A stretch of 40,659 nucleotides of DNA from a virus. Lineage: Duplodnaviria; Caudoviricetes. A program made the position numbers and the translations under genes. The notes beneath the pieces were generated by a model. It had not been told where the DNA came from and made no database searches. It saw only the letters and a program-made list of their open reading frames with translations. Positions 28,050 to 36,336 of the stretch are shown here, one piece after another; the first letter of the stretch is position 1; every line of letters begins with the position of its first letter. The DNA lies in the IMG/VR virus record IMGVR_UViG_3300012171_000003, positions 1 through 40,659 of that record, one strand, 5' to 3'.

Positions 28050-28502
28050 CTAAAATCCTGTAATTGAGCGCTCATAATCAATATGAGCAACGACAATAGC
28101 TTGTACAAGCTTCTCAGTACCCTCTTCAGCATTTACAGGACAGAATCTATCAAGATCAACATCAAGTGCAACAGCATGCTTAAGCAACGTTGCATAATTT
28201 AACGAGCTATAAAATTTCTGTGCTATCACACGTAGTGACCTCTCATGATCCTTTTCAGCCTGTAGCGGTGTTCTTACGCCGTTGACGACCTGCACAGCTA
28301 GTGCTGCCTTACGCTCAAAACGCCGAATGAAATCTGTATGTCTCAAAATCTGCTCACAACAGCCCAGGAGCTTACGGACACCGTGTAAGTGCGTCTGCCC
28401 CTTCAAGGTTGCCATGAACTGCTCAACGGCTGAACAGTCCTTCAAATCCGGTAGCTCTACAGCTATTGCAGCATCGCTATGCGTCTCTGTCTTTATCGCC
28501 AT
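28050..28502 (-). CDS. Hypothetical helical protein, ~150 aa (possible paralog of 31895..32365)
   Basis: AAAGGA RBS before ATG 28502; first gene after the replication promoter. Confidence 0.7.
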   Translation of the reverse strand: MAIKTETHSDAAIAVELPDLKDCSAVEQFMATLKGQTHLHGVRKLLGCCEQILRHTDFIRRFERKAALAVQVVNGVRTPLQAEKDHERSLRVIAQKFYSSLNYATLLKHAVALDVDLDRFCPVNAEEGTEKLVQAIVVAHIDYERSITGF

Positions 28503-28552
28503 ATTTCCTTTCCTTTTCACCATTTTATTCATTGCACCTCGAACGTGACTAC

Positions 28553-28581
28553 AGTATAATATCTGCTGTTCACTGTGTCAA
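28553..28581 (-). promoter_or_regulatory. sigma70-like promoter of replication operon
   Basis: TTGACA-17 nt-TATACT on - strand. Confidence 0.8.
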
Positions 28582-28610
28582 GAGTAAAATACAAAAATAG
28601 TGAGAGGAAA

Positions 28611-28877
28611 ATGAGCGAGAAAAATACCTACAGCCTACGTATGAGGCAATTGCCGAAGGCTGAGTATCGACTGATGAAAGCTTTAGTACAGAAGTATAGT
28701 CTGAGAGACGAAAGTGAACTATTCGCTATAGCACTACGCTTACTGACAGAGGTAGAAATTTATGAAGTTGACAAACACACAGGACAGAAGTGGATCAGCC
28801 AAGTCATAGACAGTTTTAGATCACACACACATGCAGACACATGCAGACAGGGCGAGCACACAGCAGCTCACCGCTGA
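28611..28877 (+). CDS. Putative ribbon-helix-helix-type regulator
   Basis: GAGAGGA RBS; TYSLRMRQLP strand followed by two helices (AEYRLMKALVQKY, ESELFAIALRLL). Confidence 0.55.
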   Translation: MSEKNTYSLRMRQLPKAEYRLMKALVQKYSLRDESELFAIALRLLTEVEIYEVDKHTGQKWISQVIDSFRSHTHADTCRQGEHTAAHR

Positions 28878-28900
28878 GCCTTCCCCTACGGGGTTCACAG

Positions 28901-28929
28901 AGTGTATTACTGAAACGCAAAGCTGTCAA
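28901..28929 (-). promoter_or_regulatory. sigma70-like promoter antisense to the RHH-like gene
   Basis: TTGACA-17 nt-TACACT on - strand. Confidence 0.65.
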
Positions 28930-28968
28930 GGAAAAAATGAGTATTGATTTCATTGCAGTTAGCGTTAA

Positions 28969-29160
28969 CTATTTCTCAACAGGTATAACACTAGATGAAA
29001 TATGAAATACTTGAGAACTGTCACCCAACTTGGCATGTTTATTGCGACACTGCACAGCTCTTTGCTCACAACGTTCATCATAGGCGTCATCCTTTATAAG
29101 AGCAACATCAAGTGCTTGATCAAGTGCTTCGTGCGTTCTCAATGCATCACTGTATAACAT
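28969..29160 (-). CDS. Hypothetical protein, 63 aa
   Basis: CAGGAG RBS. Confidence 0.55.
   Translation of the reverse strand: MLYSDALRTHEALDQALDVALIKDDAYDERCEQRAVQCRNKHAKLGDSSQVFHISSSVIPVEK
29031..29045 (+). promoter_or_regulatory. sigma54-type -24/-12 site
   Basis: TGGCATGTTTATTGC, GG-N10-GC. Confidence 0.55.
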
Positions 29161-29400
29161 AGGATTCTCCTGTAGATATGCTGTTGTACGTGTGCAATAC
29201 TGTACACCATTATCGTGAAGTTTACACTACAAAAGTTGTATAGCGTAGACTAACCTGGCGGTGCCTAAGACTTTTCTCTGTGTTACTACTAGAAAGAGAG
29301 CGTGAAAACTGGACAGCTAATAAAATGAAAAGTTTAGCCGCAGTATGTTTGTCTAACAATAGATACTGTAACCCTCAATACAAGTGACCTAGTCGGCGTC

Positions 29401-29605
29401 AAGGTACAAAGTGATACAGTCTACCGATTTGATAGGTAGCTCTCATAATGATAGAGTATGAGGTGTAATGTGATAGACAAGATAGTGTCAAGAGAAGTGT
29501 ATCGAAAGAAACTATCTAATCTGTTAGTGTATTATAAAAGAGTGCATATAGATAGTGAGCGTTTAGATAAGGTACAAAGTGATACAGTCTACCGAAAGGT
29601 ACAAA
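29401..29605 (+). repeat. 27-bp direct repeats plus a partial third copy
   Basis: AAGGTACAAAGTGATACAGTCTACCGA at 29401-29427 and 29569-29595; AAGGTACAAA at 29596-29605. Confidence 0.9.
29462..29491 (-). promoter_or_regulatory. Possible leftward sigma70-like promoter
   Basis: TTGACA-18 nt-TACACC. Confidence 0.35.
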
Positions 29606-29757
29606 ATGCACTGAGCGAATTACCAATAGGTGGCATCTTACCAGATGAGACTAGACAGCTTGTTGCACACTGTCATAGGTGGCACGTTATTGATACTATA
29701 CCTTTTACTACTCCATGCTGCGGCACTGTGCTGTTTGAAGGTATATAAGGTATCTAT

Positions 29758-29773
29758 TGCATAAAGCGTGCCA
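29758..29773 (-). promoter_or_regulatory. sigma54-type -24/-12 site, leftward
   Basis: TGGCACGCTTTATGCA on - strand. Confidence 0.65.
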
Positions 29774-29810
29774 TTTTGTGTAGCAGAGATATATATTTTA
29801 CTGCATGAAA

Positions 29811-29826
29811 TGGCACGGTTATTGCT
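29811..29826 (+). promoter_or_regulatory. sigma54-type -24/-12 site, rightward
   Basis: TGGCACGGTTATTGCT matches consensus TGGCACGNNNNTTGCW. Confidence 0.7.
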
Positions 29827-30017
29827 GTATGCAGTGAGCCTTGAAATGTACCTGCAGAAAGGCGCTAGGATCGCCTGTAGAACATCCTAGCGAGTAGACA
29901 TACAAAGATACTACCCCTGTAGCGATTGTTGAAAATCGCCTTTCACTCAGTATCTACGCGGTGAAAATAATGTGTGAAAATAAATAGCCAGTGAAGTGTA
30001 TTTTCTCACTCCACCCC

Positions 30018-30046
30018 TTGACGTTCTGAAGTCAAAGGCGTATTGT
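30018..30046 (+). promoter_or_regulatory. sigma70-like early promoter
   Basis: TTGACG-17 nt-TATTGT, with GTGAAAATAA repeats and AT-rich sequence upstream. Confidence 0.7.
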
Positions 30047-30049
30047 TAT

Positions 30050-30320
30050 GTCATCTACTGCGATAACGCAGATGGCGGTTAGAGTCACTAGGTCCCTTGC
30101 TTCTACTTCTCATGCGGAAATTAGGTACAGGATTAACGGCTCAGAAAAGCCGTAGCTGACCACTAGGACACACGCAGTACAGTGTGATGATAGCTAGACG
30201 AGCATAGCAGCCTAGCCTGGTACTCCTGGTAATCCCTAACAGCTAGCCTGAGTGACTGGTATACGTGGATGCAAGCAGCTACCTACTCCTGTCTGTTGCT
30301 GTGTAGCAACATTGACAATT
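30050..30320 (+). ncRNA. Candidate structured leader RNA of the early transcript
   Basis: Several hairpins plus a long-range pair AGTCACT(30083-89)/AGTGACT(30251-57); no RBS-supported ORF until 30350. Confidence 0.5.
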
Positions 30321-30349
30321 GCGAAAGCATGAAACAGGAGAATCTGTTA

Positions 30350-30721
30350 ATGAATACCAACCAAGTAGCAGCAATGGTTCAAGAGTGGCAAACAGCACAT
30401 ACACCTGTAGCAGAGAAAGGCCAGTCTATAGCAGTAGAGGATTATTGTGTGGGTGGTATTGTCTGTAAGTTTCTTAGTCCATTGGTAGGTATTGCAAATG
30501 ATAGAGAGCCACATTTCCCTACCCCTAGCTATCTAGCCCAGATGCTCTTAAAGGCTAATCCTGGGCTAGAGTGTAAGAAAACAAACTGTGACTGTGATCA
30601 AGGCTATCTATGTACAGCTCTACGCTGTGCAGTATATATCATCGATACCAATGATAGAGAGCTATTCGACGAGGCTTGGTCTCACGTTGTAGCAGCACTA
30701 ACATATACAGAAGGAGAATAA
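30350..30721 (+). CDS. Cys-containing hypothetical early protein
   Basis: CAGGAG RBS before ATG 30350; YCVGG, FP and NCDC motifs. Confidence 0.7.
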   Translation: MNTNQVAAMVQEWQTAHTPVAEKGQSIAVEDYCVGGIVCKFLSPLVGIANDREPHFPTPSYLAQMLLKANPGLECKKTNCDCDQGYLCTALRCAVYIIDTNDRELFDEAWSHVVAALTYTEGE

Positions 30722-30778
30722 ATGGAGATATTTCTGCTCATTATCATTATCCTACTGTTGTTAGGCTCAAATCACTAG
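30722..30778 (+). CDS. 18-aa hydrophobic micropeptide MEIFLLIIIILLLLGSNH
   Basis: AAGGAG RBS; ATG directly follows the previous stop. Confidence 0.55.
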   Translation: MEIFLLIIIILLLLGSNH

Positions 30779-30816
30779 TTGTGAGCTATTGTAAACAATG
30801 TTAAGGAGGTAGATAT

Positions 30817-31023
30817 ATGACACCGAGAGAGCAAATTGAAGCATGGGCAAACGAGACAGATGTGCGAGAGATACAGACGTCTAAAGTATACTGTGAATAC
30901 TGTATGGTTGTACCGATTGAACGAGGTGATGACAAGTACTGTATAGGCTGTGTCAACGATATCATTGCATATCTCGCTCAAGAATGGAATGAGCAAGCTC
31001 TCATAGACAGGGGGCTATATTAA
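30817..31023 (+). CDS. Small zinc-ribbon protein
   Basis: CEYC...CIGC; TAAGGAGGT RBS. Confidence 0.75.
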   Translation: MTPREQIEAWANETDVREIQTSKVYCEYCMVVPIERGDDKYCIGCVNDIIAYLAQEWNEQALIDRGLY

Positions 31024-31024
31024 C

Positions 31025-31162
31025 ATGAGAAAAGGTATATGCAGTTATATTCAAAAGGTCTATGAAACTATGTTGCAACAAGGGGTGCTATTTAACTCTG
31101 AAGGTACCCTACGTTATATCACAATTGACTGCAACGCTTGTCAGTTGTATAGCTTTGTCTAG
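31025..31162 (+). CDS. 45-aa hypothetical protein
   Basis: Translated by hand; AGGGGG RBS; CNAC motif. Confidence 0.45.
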   Translation: MRKGICSYIQKVYETMLQQGVLFNSEGTLRYITIDCNACQLYSFV

Positions 31163-31220
31163 CTGTTACCTGAGATATGTACAGAAGAGATAACAGCTGT
31201 AACTAAAGAGGTCAATTAAT

Positions 31221-31502
31221 ATGCCCACAGCAACGTGGCGACAGCGCTTTATCCGCTATCTTGAAGCAATAGGGTATCGTCCAGACTTTGATAAACCCTA
31301 TTCTACAAAGTATGTCAAGATGCGCAGTTTGACCCGTGCGAATTACTATCATCTAGGTCGGAATGGCGCTGCAAAGATAAGTGTCAACGGTAAGCTAAAG
31401 GGGGCTATACCAGTTACAGATAGATTGAAAGCGCAAATAGTGGTCTGGGAGAGTAAGCAAGCTGTACTTATCCCAGTTAAACATGAACAGGCTGGGTTTT
31501 AG
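31221..31502 (+). CDS. Basic hypothetical protein, 93 aa
   Basis: GAGGT RBS. Confidence 0.7.
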   Translation: MPTATWRQRFIRYLEAIGYRPDFDKPYSTKYVKMRSLTRANYYHLGRNGAAKISVNGKLKGAIPVTDRLKAQIVVWESKQAVLIPVKHEQAGF

Positions 31503-31527
31503 CTACTCTCAGTAGCAGAGGCAAACT

Positions 31528-31875
31528 ATGCTCAATCCTCAAATCACAATACATAAAAATATCCGGGCTGCTTACTTCGAGGTATCACAACGCCTTCCTA
31601 TTGAGGATATCAAGGTCAGACAACGCTTGGATAGAGCGTATGAGATTGTAAATGGTCATGGGTATGACATTGAACCTGTGTATAACTCTCTAGAGGTAGT
31701 GATAATTGATAGCTGGCTCATTCACAAAGAAAGTACTTCTCTTCTTGAGGATAATCATGTACAATATTGTGTAGACAGTGAAAGCTGCACCTGTCCAGAC
31801 TACACAACAGCAAGAGGGGGACTGTGTAAGCATCGTATCGCAGTGATTCTCGTTCAAGAAATGATGAAACTATAA
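31528..31875 (+). CDS. SWIM zinc finger protein
   Basis: Y.V....CTCPD......LCKHRIAV. Confidence 0.85.
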   Translation: MLNPQITIHKNIRAAYFEVSQRLPIEDIKVRQRLDRAYEIVNGHGYDIEPVYNSLEVVIIDSWLIHKESTSLLEDNHVQYCVDSESCTCPDYTTARGGLCKHRIAVILVQEMMKL

Positions 31876-31894
31876 CTCACGTGAGGGAAAAGCA

Positions 31895-32365
31895 ATGGCG
31901 AACTTTACAGGGTTTGACCGTATGATATGGCAGGATGATAAAGTCCAGGCGAGCTTCATGCCGACAGGATACAGCAATGCTGGCAATTGTGCTGATGTTC
32001 GAGCAGCAATAGCTGAGAGGATTGAAAGTGAGAAAAAGCCGTCCGTTGTTTTAGCGAAAGCTCTAGAGCGTATCGCACATCACACTGAGCAGCTTGAGGA
32101 CGCACTTTCGCAACTGTTCACAACGTATGAGCGGATGGTAACGCCGCAACAACGTACAAGTGCTACAGCAAAGGCCAGGCACGACATGCTTGACTTGATG
32201 CCATCTAAAGCCCTCCAAGAATTTGCACGCTCTGTGCTCCAGGATGAGATGGACGACTACATTTGGCCTGACGACCGTAACGACGTTATCGAGCGGCTCA
32301 CAGCAGTGCTTAGCACTGATAAGGAGAAGGCTGAGCCTGCTACTGTGGCTGTCAGTGCCAAGTGA
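31895..32365 (+). CDS. Hypothetical helical protein, 156 aa
   Basis: GAGGG RBS. Confidence 0.75.
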   Translation: MANFTGFDRMIWQDDKVQASFMPTGYSNAGNCADVRAAIAERIESEKKPSVVLAKALERIAHHTEQLEDALSQLFTTYERMVTPQQRTSATAKARHDMLDLMPSKALQEFARSVLQDEMDDYIWPDDRNDVIERLTAVLSTDKEKAEPATVAVSAK

Positions 32366-32520
32366 TCCGTGAAACAGCTCAGAGAGGCTGTGAGAGACAC
32401 AAAACGGGGTATGGTTTTATTTGAGCCATACGTAAAGATCACCTCTTTGAAAGGACAGACTATGTATAGTTCTATGTATACACAGCTCTAACTAGAGAGG
32501 ATGCCGCCGATAGTGCTGAT

Positions 32521-32555
32521 AGTAGGGTATAGTTCAGTATAGGCTATACCCTATT
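32521..32555 (+). terminator. Stem-loop (terminator or processing site)
   Basis: TAGGGTATAG(32523-32)/CTATACCCTA(32544-53) followed by a T/C-rich tract. Confidence 0.45.
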
Positions 32556-32591
32556 CCTATTTGTCTCTCTATACCTGAGAGGATAACAGTT

Positions 32592-32885
32592 ATGGCTCTA
32601 TCACAGAGAGAGAGTGCAAGACAAGCAAGGGGCAAGATCGAACAAAAGGCTGTTTTCAGACTAGGACATATATTCTCTCGGTTAGAAGATGACTACTATG
32701 TTGTGTACTCTTACGGATATCATTATCCAATGTTTGTCTACCATAAGTTAACAGATACCTGGTATGAAAACACAACAAAATACTCTCACACTACTACTTG
32801 TCATAAAAACTCAGCAAGACCAGATAACGTAATACTGCTTGGACGCACTACAAGGCAAATTATGGACATACTTGAGGGGAAGTGA
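32592..32885 (+). CDS. Conserved phage hypothetical protein
   Basis: YVVYSYGYHYP...WYEN..KYS.TT..H motif recalled from phage early genes; GAGAGGA RBS. Confidence 0.75.
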   Translation: MALSQRESARQARGKIEQKAVFRLGHIFSRLEDDYYVVYSYGYHYPMFVYHKLTDTWYENTTKYSHTTTCHKNSARPDNVILLGRTTRQIMDILEGK

Positions 32886-33064
32886 TAATGGATATTGTGC
32901 AAATGGAGCGAGAGCTAGCAGCAAAGCTGAGGGCAATTAAATTGATTGCATCTGATATCAAGCACTTGAGAGGGAGCTACACCGCTGAGGGTCCAGAGCA
33001 AGAAGTGTTTACACGGATATTACGATTCCTTGAGATAATAACAAATATATATAGAGGCCACTAA
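32882..33064 (+). CDS. Hypothetical protein, ~60 aa
   Basis: GAGGGGA RBS; coupled to previous gene. Confidence 0.55.
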   Translation: MIMDIVQMERELAAKLRAIKLIASDIKHLRGSYTAEGPEQEVFTRILRFLEIITNIYRGH

Positions 33065-33066
33065 AC

Positions 33067-33777
33067 ATGCGCGTCGTCAAAATTAGCAAATTCTTACAAG
33101 AGGAGGATAACTTACGTTGGCTTATCCAGGATTTACTACCAGACGTAGGCTGGACATTATTCTACGGTACCCGTGGACTTGGTAAGACAACCTTTGCTAT
33201 GCAGATGTGTGATGCCTTGCATAAGGGTACTCCTTTTCTTGGTCGGCAGACACTAAAGACATCTATCCTGTACCTGCAAGCTGACAGTCTAGTCGATGAA
33301 TGGCGAGCGATGCTTAAACGCATTGCACCTACAAGTGAGGGATTCACCGCCATTGAGATACCGTCACGCTGTTTTGGTACACCTGATTACGTTGCACGCA
33401 TTGCCAACTATGTACAAACATTCCAACCTGGCTTTGTTGTTTTTGACAGTTTATACAACCTCACCGCTTGGCCAATTAACACTGAGAGTGTGCTTATTCC
33501 TATCAATATCATGAAGGATATATGCGGAAATATACCATGGCTACTTATACACCATCCACCTCATAGTGAGAATAGAGCTGCAGGTCATCACTCGTTAGGC
33601 GGGAATTGTAGCAATGAGTGGTCCTTGCTCAAGACCAAGCTCAGGATTGAGAAAGGTAGGCTTGTGAAGGATAAGGAGATTTCACTGTCTAGAGATGAGA
33701 ATGGACTGTGGACACTCTATAAGGCAAAGGACGTCAGCACTGACACTGATAAACTATTCATGAGAAGGCTTACATAA
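33067..33777 (+). CDS. AAA_25/RepA-type SF4 helicase-like ATPase, no primase domain
   Basis: WLIQDLLP, FYGTRGLGKT, ILYLQAD, VVFDSL, LLIHH. Confidence 0.8.
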   Translation: MRVVKISKFLQEEDNLRWLIQDLLPDVGWTLFYGTRGLGKTTFAMQMCDALHKGTPFLGRQTLKTSILYLQADSLVDEWRAMLKRIAPTSEGFTAIEIPSRCFGTPDYVARIANYVQTFQPGFVVFDSLYNLTAWPINTESVLIPINIMKDICGNIPWLLIHHPPHSENRAAGHHSLGGNCSNEWSLLKTKLRIEKGRLVKDKEISLSRDENGLWTLYKAKDVSTDTDKLFMRRLT

Positions 33778-33778
33778 T

Positions 33779-34006
33779 ATGACCCATAACATGATATTGA
33801 TAGCGCAATCAGTGCAAGCTATACAGGGTGGTAATCTCTATAATGTGGCCTTCATGTGTGAGGGGAGATATATCCAAGTAGAGCTAATATGTAGTGAGGA
33901 TGAAGACTTATCGTATGAGGACATAAGGCATGCACCACGTTTACATGAAGCCGGGATGTATGCGTATGCAATGAGATGGCTTCTTGTGCCAAATAATGAG
34001 GGATGA
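33779..34006 (+). CDS. Hypothetical protein, 75 aa
   Basis: Packed in operon. Confidence 0.5.
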   Translation: MTHNMILIAQSVQAIQGGNLYNVAFMCEGRYIQVELICSEDEDLSYEDIRHAPRLHEAGMYAYAMRWLLVPNNEG

Positions 34007-34009
34007 TAG

Positions 34010-34228
34010 ATGACACTGAGAGACCATTTAAGAATAGCTGCGGCTATAGCTGTATCAAGACAGACAATAAAGGATATGCTTGCCAAGAGTGATATACACT
34101 GTAACACTACTATTACGATTTATACAGATGAACTGATAAACAACTTCTGTAGCATACTGAAAATGGACAATGCGTCGTTTGATCCTGATAGTTTCACTGC
34201 TTTAGTAAATATAGAGGAAATAACATGA
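34010..34228 (+). CDS. Hypothetical protein, 72 aa
   Basis: GAGGGA RBS; C-terminal DN..FD...F motif common in small phage proteins. Confidence 0.65.
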   Translation: MTLRDHLRIAAAIAVSRQTIKDMLAKSDIHCNTTITIYTDELINNFCSILKMDNASFDPDSFTALVNIEEIT

Positions 34229-35646
34229 AATGGTCAAACTACAGCGAAGCTATCTTCTCACAGTTTGCTGATAGTGAAGATAATATAATCGTGCAAGCAT
34301 GCCCTGGTAGTGGCAAGACAACAAATATCAAGCATCTATGGACATTGACTGACAAGCCTACTGTATACTTAGTGTTCGGTAAAGCTAATCAAGTTACTGC
34401 TACTGCTGCTCTACCTCAAAGGCAAGGCAGCGATGTACTGACAACACACAGCTTAGGAGCAAGAGCAATATACAAAACCTTCGGTAAAGTTACATTGGAC
34501 GATAAGAAGGTGTTAGGTATTATCAGAGATAGACGCAGAGGTAAGTTTGCTGGCAAAGAAGCAAGAGGGCAAGAGTACATGCTTGCTCACTCTGTAAGTG
34601 CTGTTAAAGGCATCAATACTGGTGAGATATTTACAGTCCAGGCATATAATAAGATGGTGTCGACATACGACCTTGATGAATACCCATCTATGTACGAGGA
34701 TACTGTCAATACCCTTACTGCGAGTGATAACATGACAAATGTCATCGACTTCGCCGACCAGATTCGTTTTCCGCTGATATACAACTGTGCAATGCCAGAG
34801 TACCACACAGTAATGGGCGACGAAGTGCAGGACTTTAACCCAGCAGAGGCACTGCTGCTTAAAACATTGAATGCTGAGCGATATGTCCTCGTCGGCGATA
34901 CCCACCAGTCTATCTATGGATTCAAGGGAGCTATGAATAATGGCATGAGTTACCTCAAGGAGTCGTTCAACTGCACACAAATGCCTCTCTCTATCAGTTA
35001 CCGCTGTGCTCAAGCTGTTGTGAAAGAGGCAGCACTTATATACCCTGATATTGAGCCATGGGAGGACAGCCCACAAGGCACTGTACGACGCTCTCTCCCA
35101 GAAAGGGAATTGTACACGTCAAATGATATCATACTGTGCAGGATCAATAGACCGCTCATTGATATGGCGTATGACTTATTACAGCGTGGCATACCCTGTT
35201 ATGTTCGAGGCAGAGACATAGGTCATGGCCTTATTGCACTGATAAAGAGACAGGATGCATTAAATGTCAGACAATTAATAGCAAAGCTCACTGCATGGTA
35301 TGAACGTGAGATGGCCGTAGCCTGTGCAAGAGAAGATGAGACGAAGCTGCAACGTGTTGAGGATAAATACGGTTCAGTGATGATCTTTTGTCATCGACAT
35401 GATCTTGATGCACCCCCAGAGTATGTATGTAGTGAGATAGAATCACTGTTTAATAACGGTAATGGTGTGTGCCTGAGTACTGTACACAGAGCTAAGGGCT
35501 TAGAGGCTGACAGGTGTTTCCTGCTAGCCGCAACATGGCTCAAAGAGTATGAGGCAATAGCTATACAGCCTTGGAAGGCTGAACAGGAGAGGAATGTGAG
35601 ATATGTTGCTGTAACAAGGGCGAAGAATGAACTCGTCTACATGTAA
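34225..35646 (+). CDS. UvrD/Rep-like SF1 helicase
   Basis: ACPGSGKT, DEVQD, GDTHQSIYGFKGA, SYRC, TVHRAKGLE, YVAVTRAK. Confidence 0.92.
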   Translation: MKWSNYSEAIFSQFADSEDNIIVQACPGSGKTTNIKHLWTLTDKPTVYLVFGKANQVTATAALPQRQGSDVLTTHSLGARAIYKTFGKVTLDDKKVLGIIRDRRRGKFAGKEARGQEYMLAHSVSAVKGINTGEIFTVQAYNKMVSTYDLDEYPSMYEDTVNTLTASDNMTNVIDFADQIRFPLIYNCAMPEYHTVMGDEVQDFNPAEALLLKTLNAERYVLVGDTHQSIYGFKGAMNNGMSYLKESFNCTQMPLSISYRCAQAVVKEAALIYPDIEPWEDSPQGTVRRSLPERELYTSNDIILCRINRPLIDMAYDLLQRGIPCYVRGRDIGHGLIALIKRQDALNVRQLIAKLTAWYEREMAVACAREDETKLQRVEDKYGSVMIFCHRHDLDAPPEYVCSEIESLFNNGNGVCLSTVHRAKGLEADRCFLLAATWLKEYEAIAIQPWKAEQERNVRYVAVTRAKNELVYM

Positions 35647-35650
35647 CAAC

Positions 35651-35821
35651 ATGACTTTAGAGCAGATAGACACAGTAATACGAATCGCTCAAAATTGTAG
35701 TGGGCATACTACAAGGAAGAGAAGCGCTACACAGGTGTTCTATCGAGAGTATTATCTATGTCATCAATGCAGACGTAAGGTCATGCAAGCATTGCTGCTT
35801 ATGGAGATCGAGTGTAAATGA
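35651..35821 (+). CDS. Small Cys-containing protein
   Basis: MTLEQID...LCHQC; packed after helicase. Confidence 0.45.
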   Translation: MTLEQIDTVIRIAQNCSGHTTRKRSATQVFYREYYLCHQCRRKVMQALLLMEIECK

Positions 35822-35906
35822 TAATGTTAAAGATATCATTGATATGGCTTGCTCTGTCAATTGTTGTTGCTGTACTGTGGTGTATATGCTACAGAAGAGG
35901 TGATGA

Positions 35907-36119
35907 GTGAACAGACAGCTCGGCTTGTTCAGTTTGTATTGTTCAAAGTGTAAAGGGGAAGTGCACCTGAACTATTACAACGATGAGGTGCACTGTAAGT
36001 GTTTTGAAGTGATGGTATCTCAATTTGCAACAGGGAAGATACCGATAAAGGCAAAGCGTCAATGGCCTTGCCTGTCTATATCCACACTGCTTAGAGAGCA
36101 AGGACTGATAGATGATTGA
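35907..36119 (+). CDS. Small zinc-finger-like protein
   Basis: CSKC...HCKC; GAGGTGA RBS. Confidence 0.6.
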   Translation: MNRQLGLFSLYCSKCKGEVHLNYYNDEVHCKCFEVMVSQFATGKIPIKAKRQWPCLSISTLLREQGLIDD

Positions 36120-36336
36120 ACCGTATGCAGTTACACTGACTCATGAGCAATGGCGCTTGGCGTACCGTGCATTGCAGCTTGCCTACGTCCAGGAGTACGA
36201 TACTGAGAAGCGTAGTGCTCTTGCTGAGACGAGGGCTGTCATCAGAGGAGGATATGTGGCAGCGATTACAGCTGACAGAGCACACAGATTCACCTACCTT
36301 GATGCTGAGAGTAGTGGGAAGCCGTGGCTATGCTAA
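36112..36336 (+). CDS. Hypothetical protein, 74 aa
   Basis: AAGGA RBS; overlap coupling. Confidence 0.6.
   Translation: MIEPYAVTLTHEQWRLAYRALQLAYVQEYDTEKRSALAETRAVIRGGYVAAITADRAHRFTYLDAESSGKPWLC

Noticed and set aside
28827-28850. ACACATGCAG tandem duplication
   Set aside because: Short duplication in a gene tail with no evidence of function
29401-29605. CRISPR mini-array
   Set aside because: Only two full copies, 141-bp spacing, no palindrome, no cas genes
29458-29748. 96-aa ORF in the control region
   Set aside because: No convincing RBS; overlaps repeats and promoter motifs
34513-35076. 187-aa - strand ORF
   Set aside because: Entirely antisense to the conserved UvrD-like helicase
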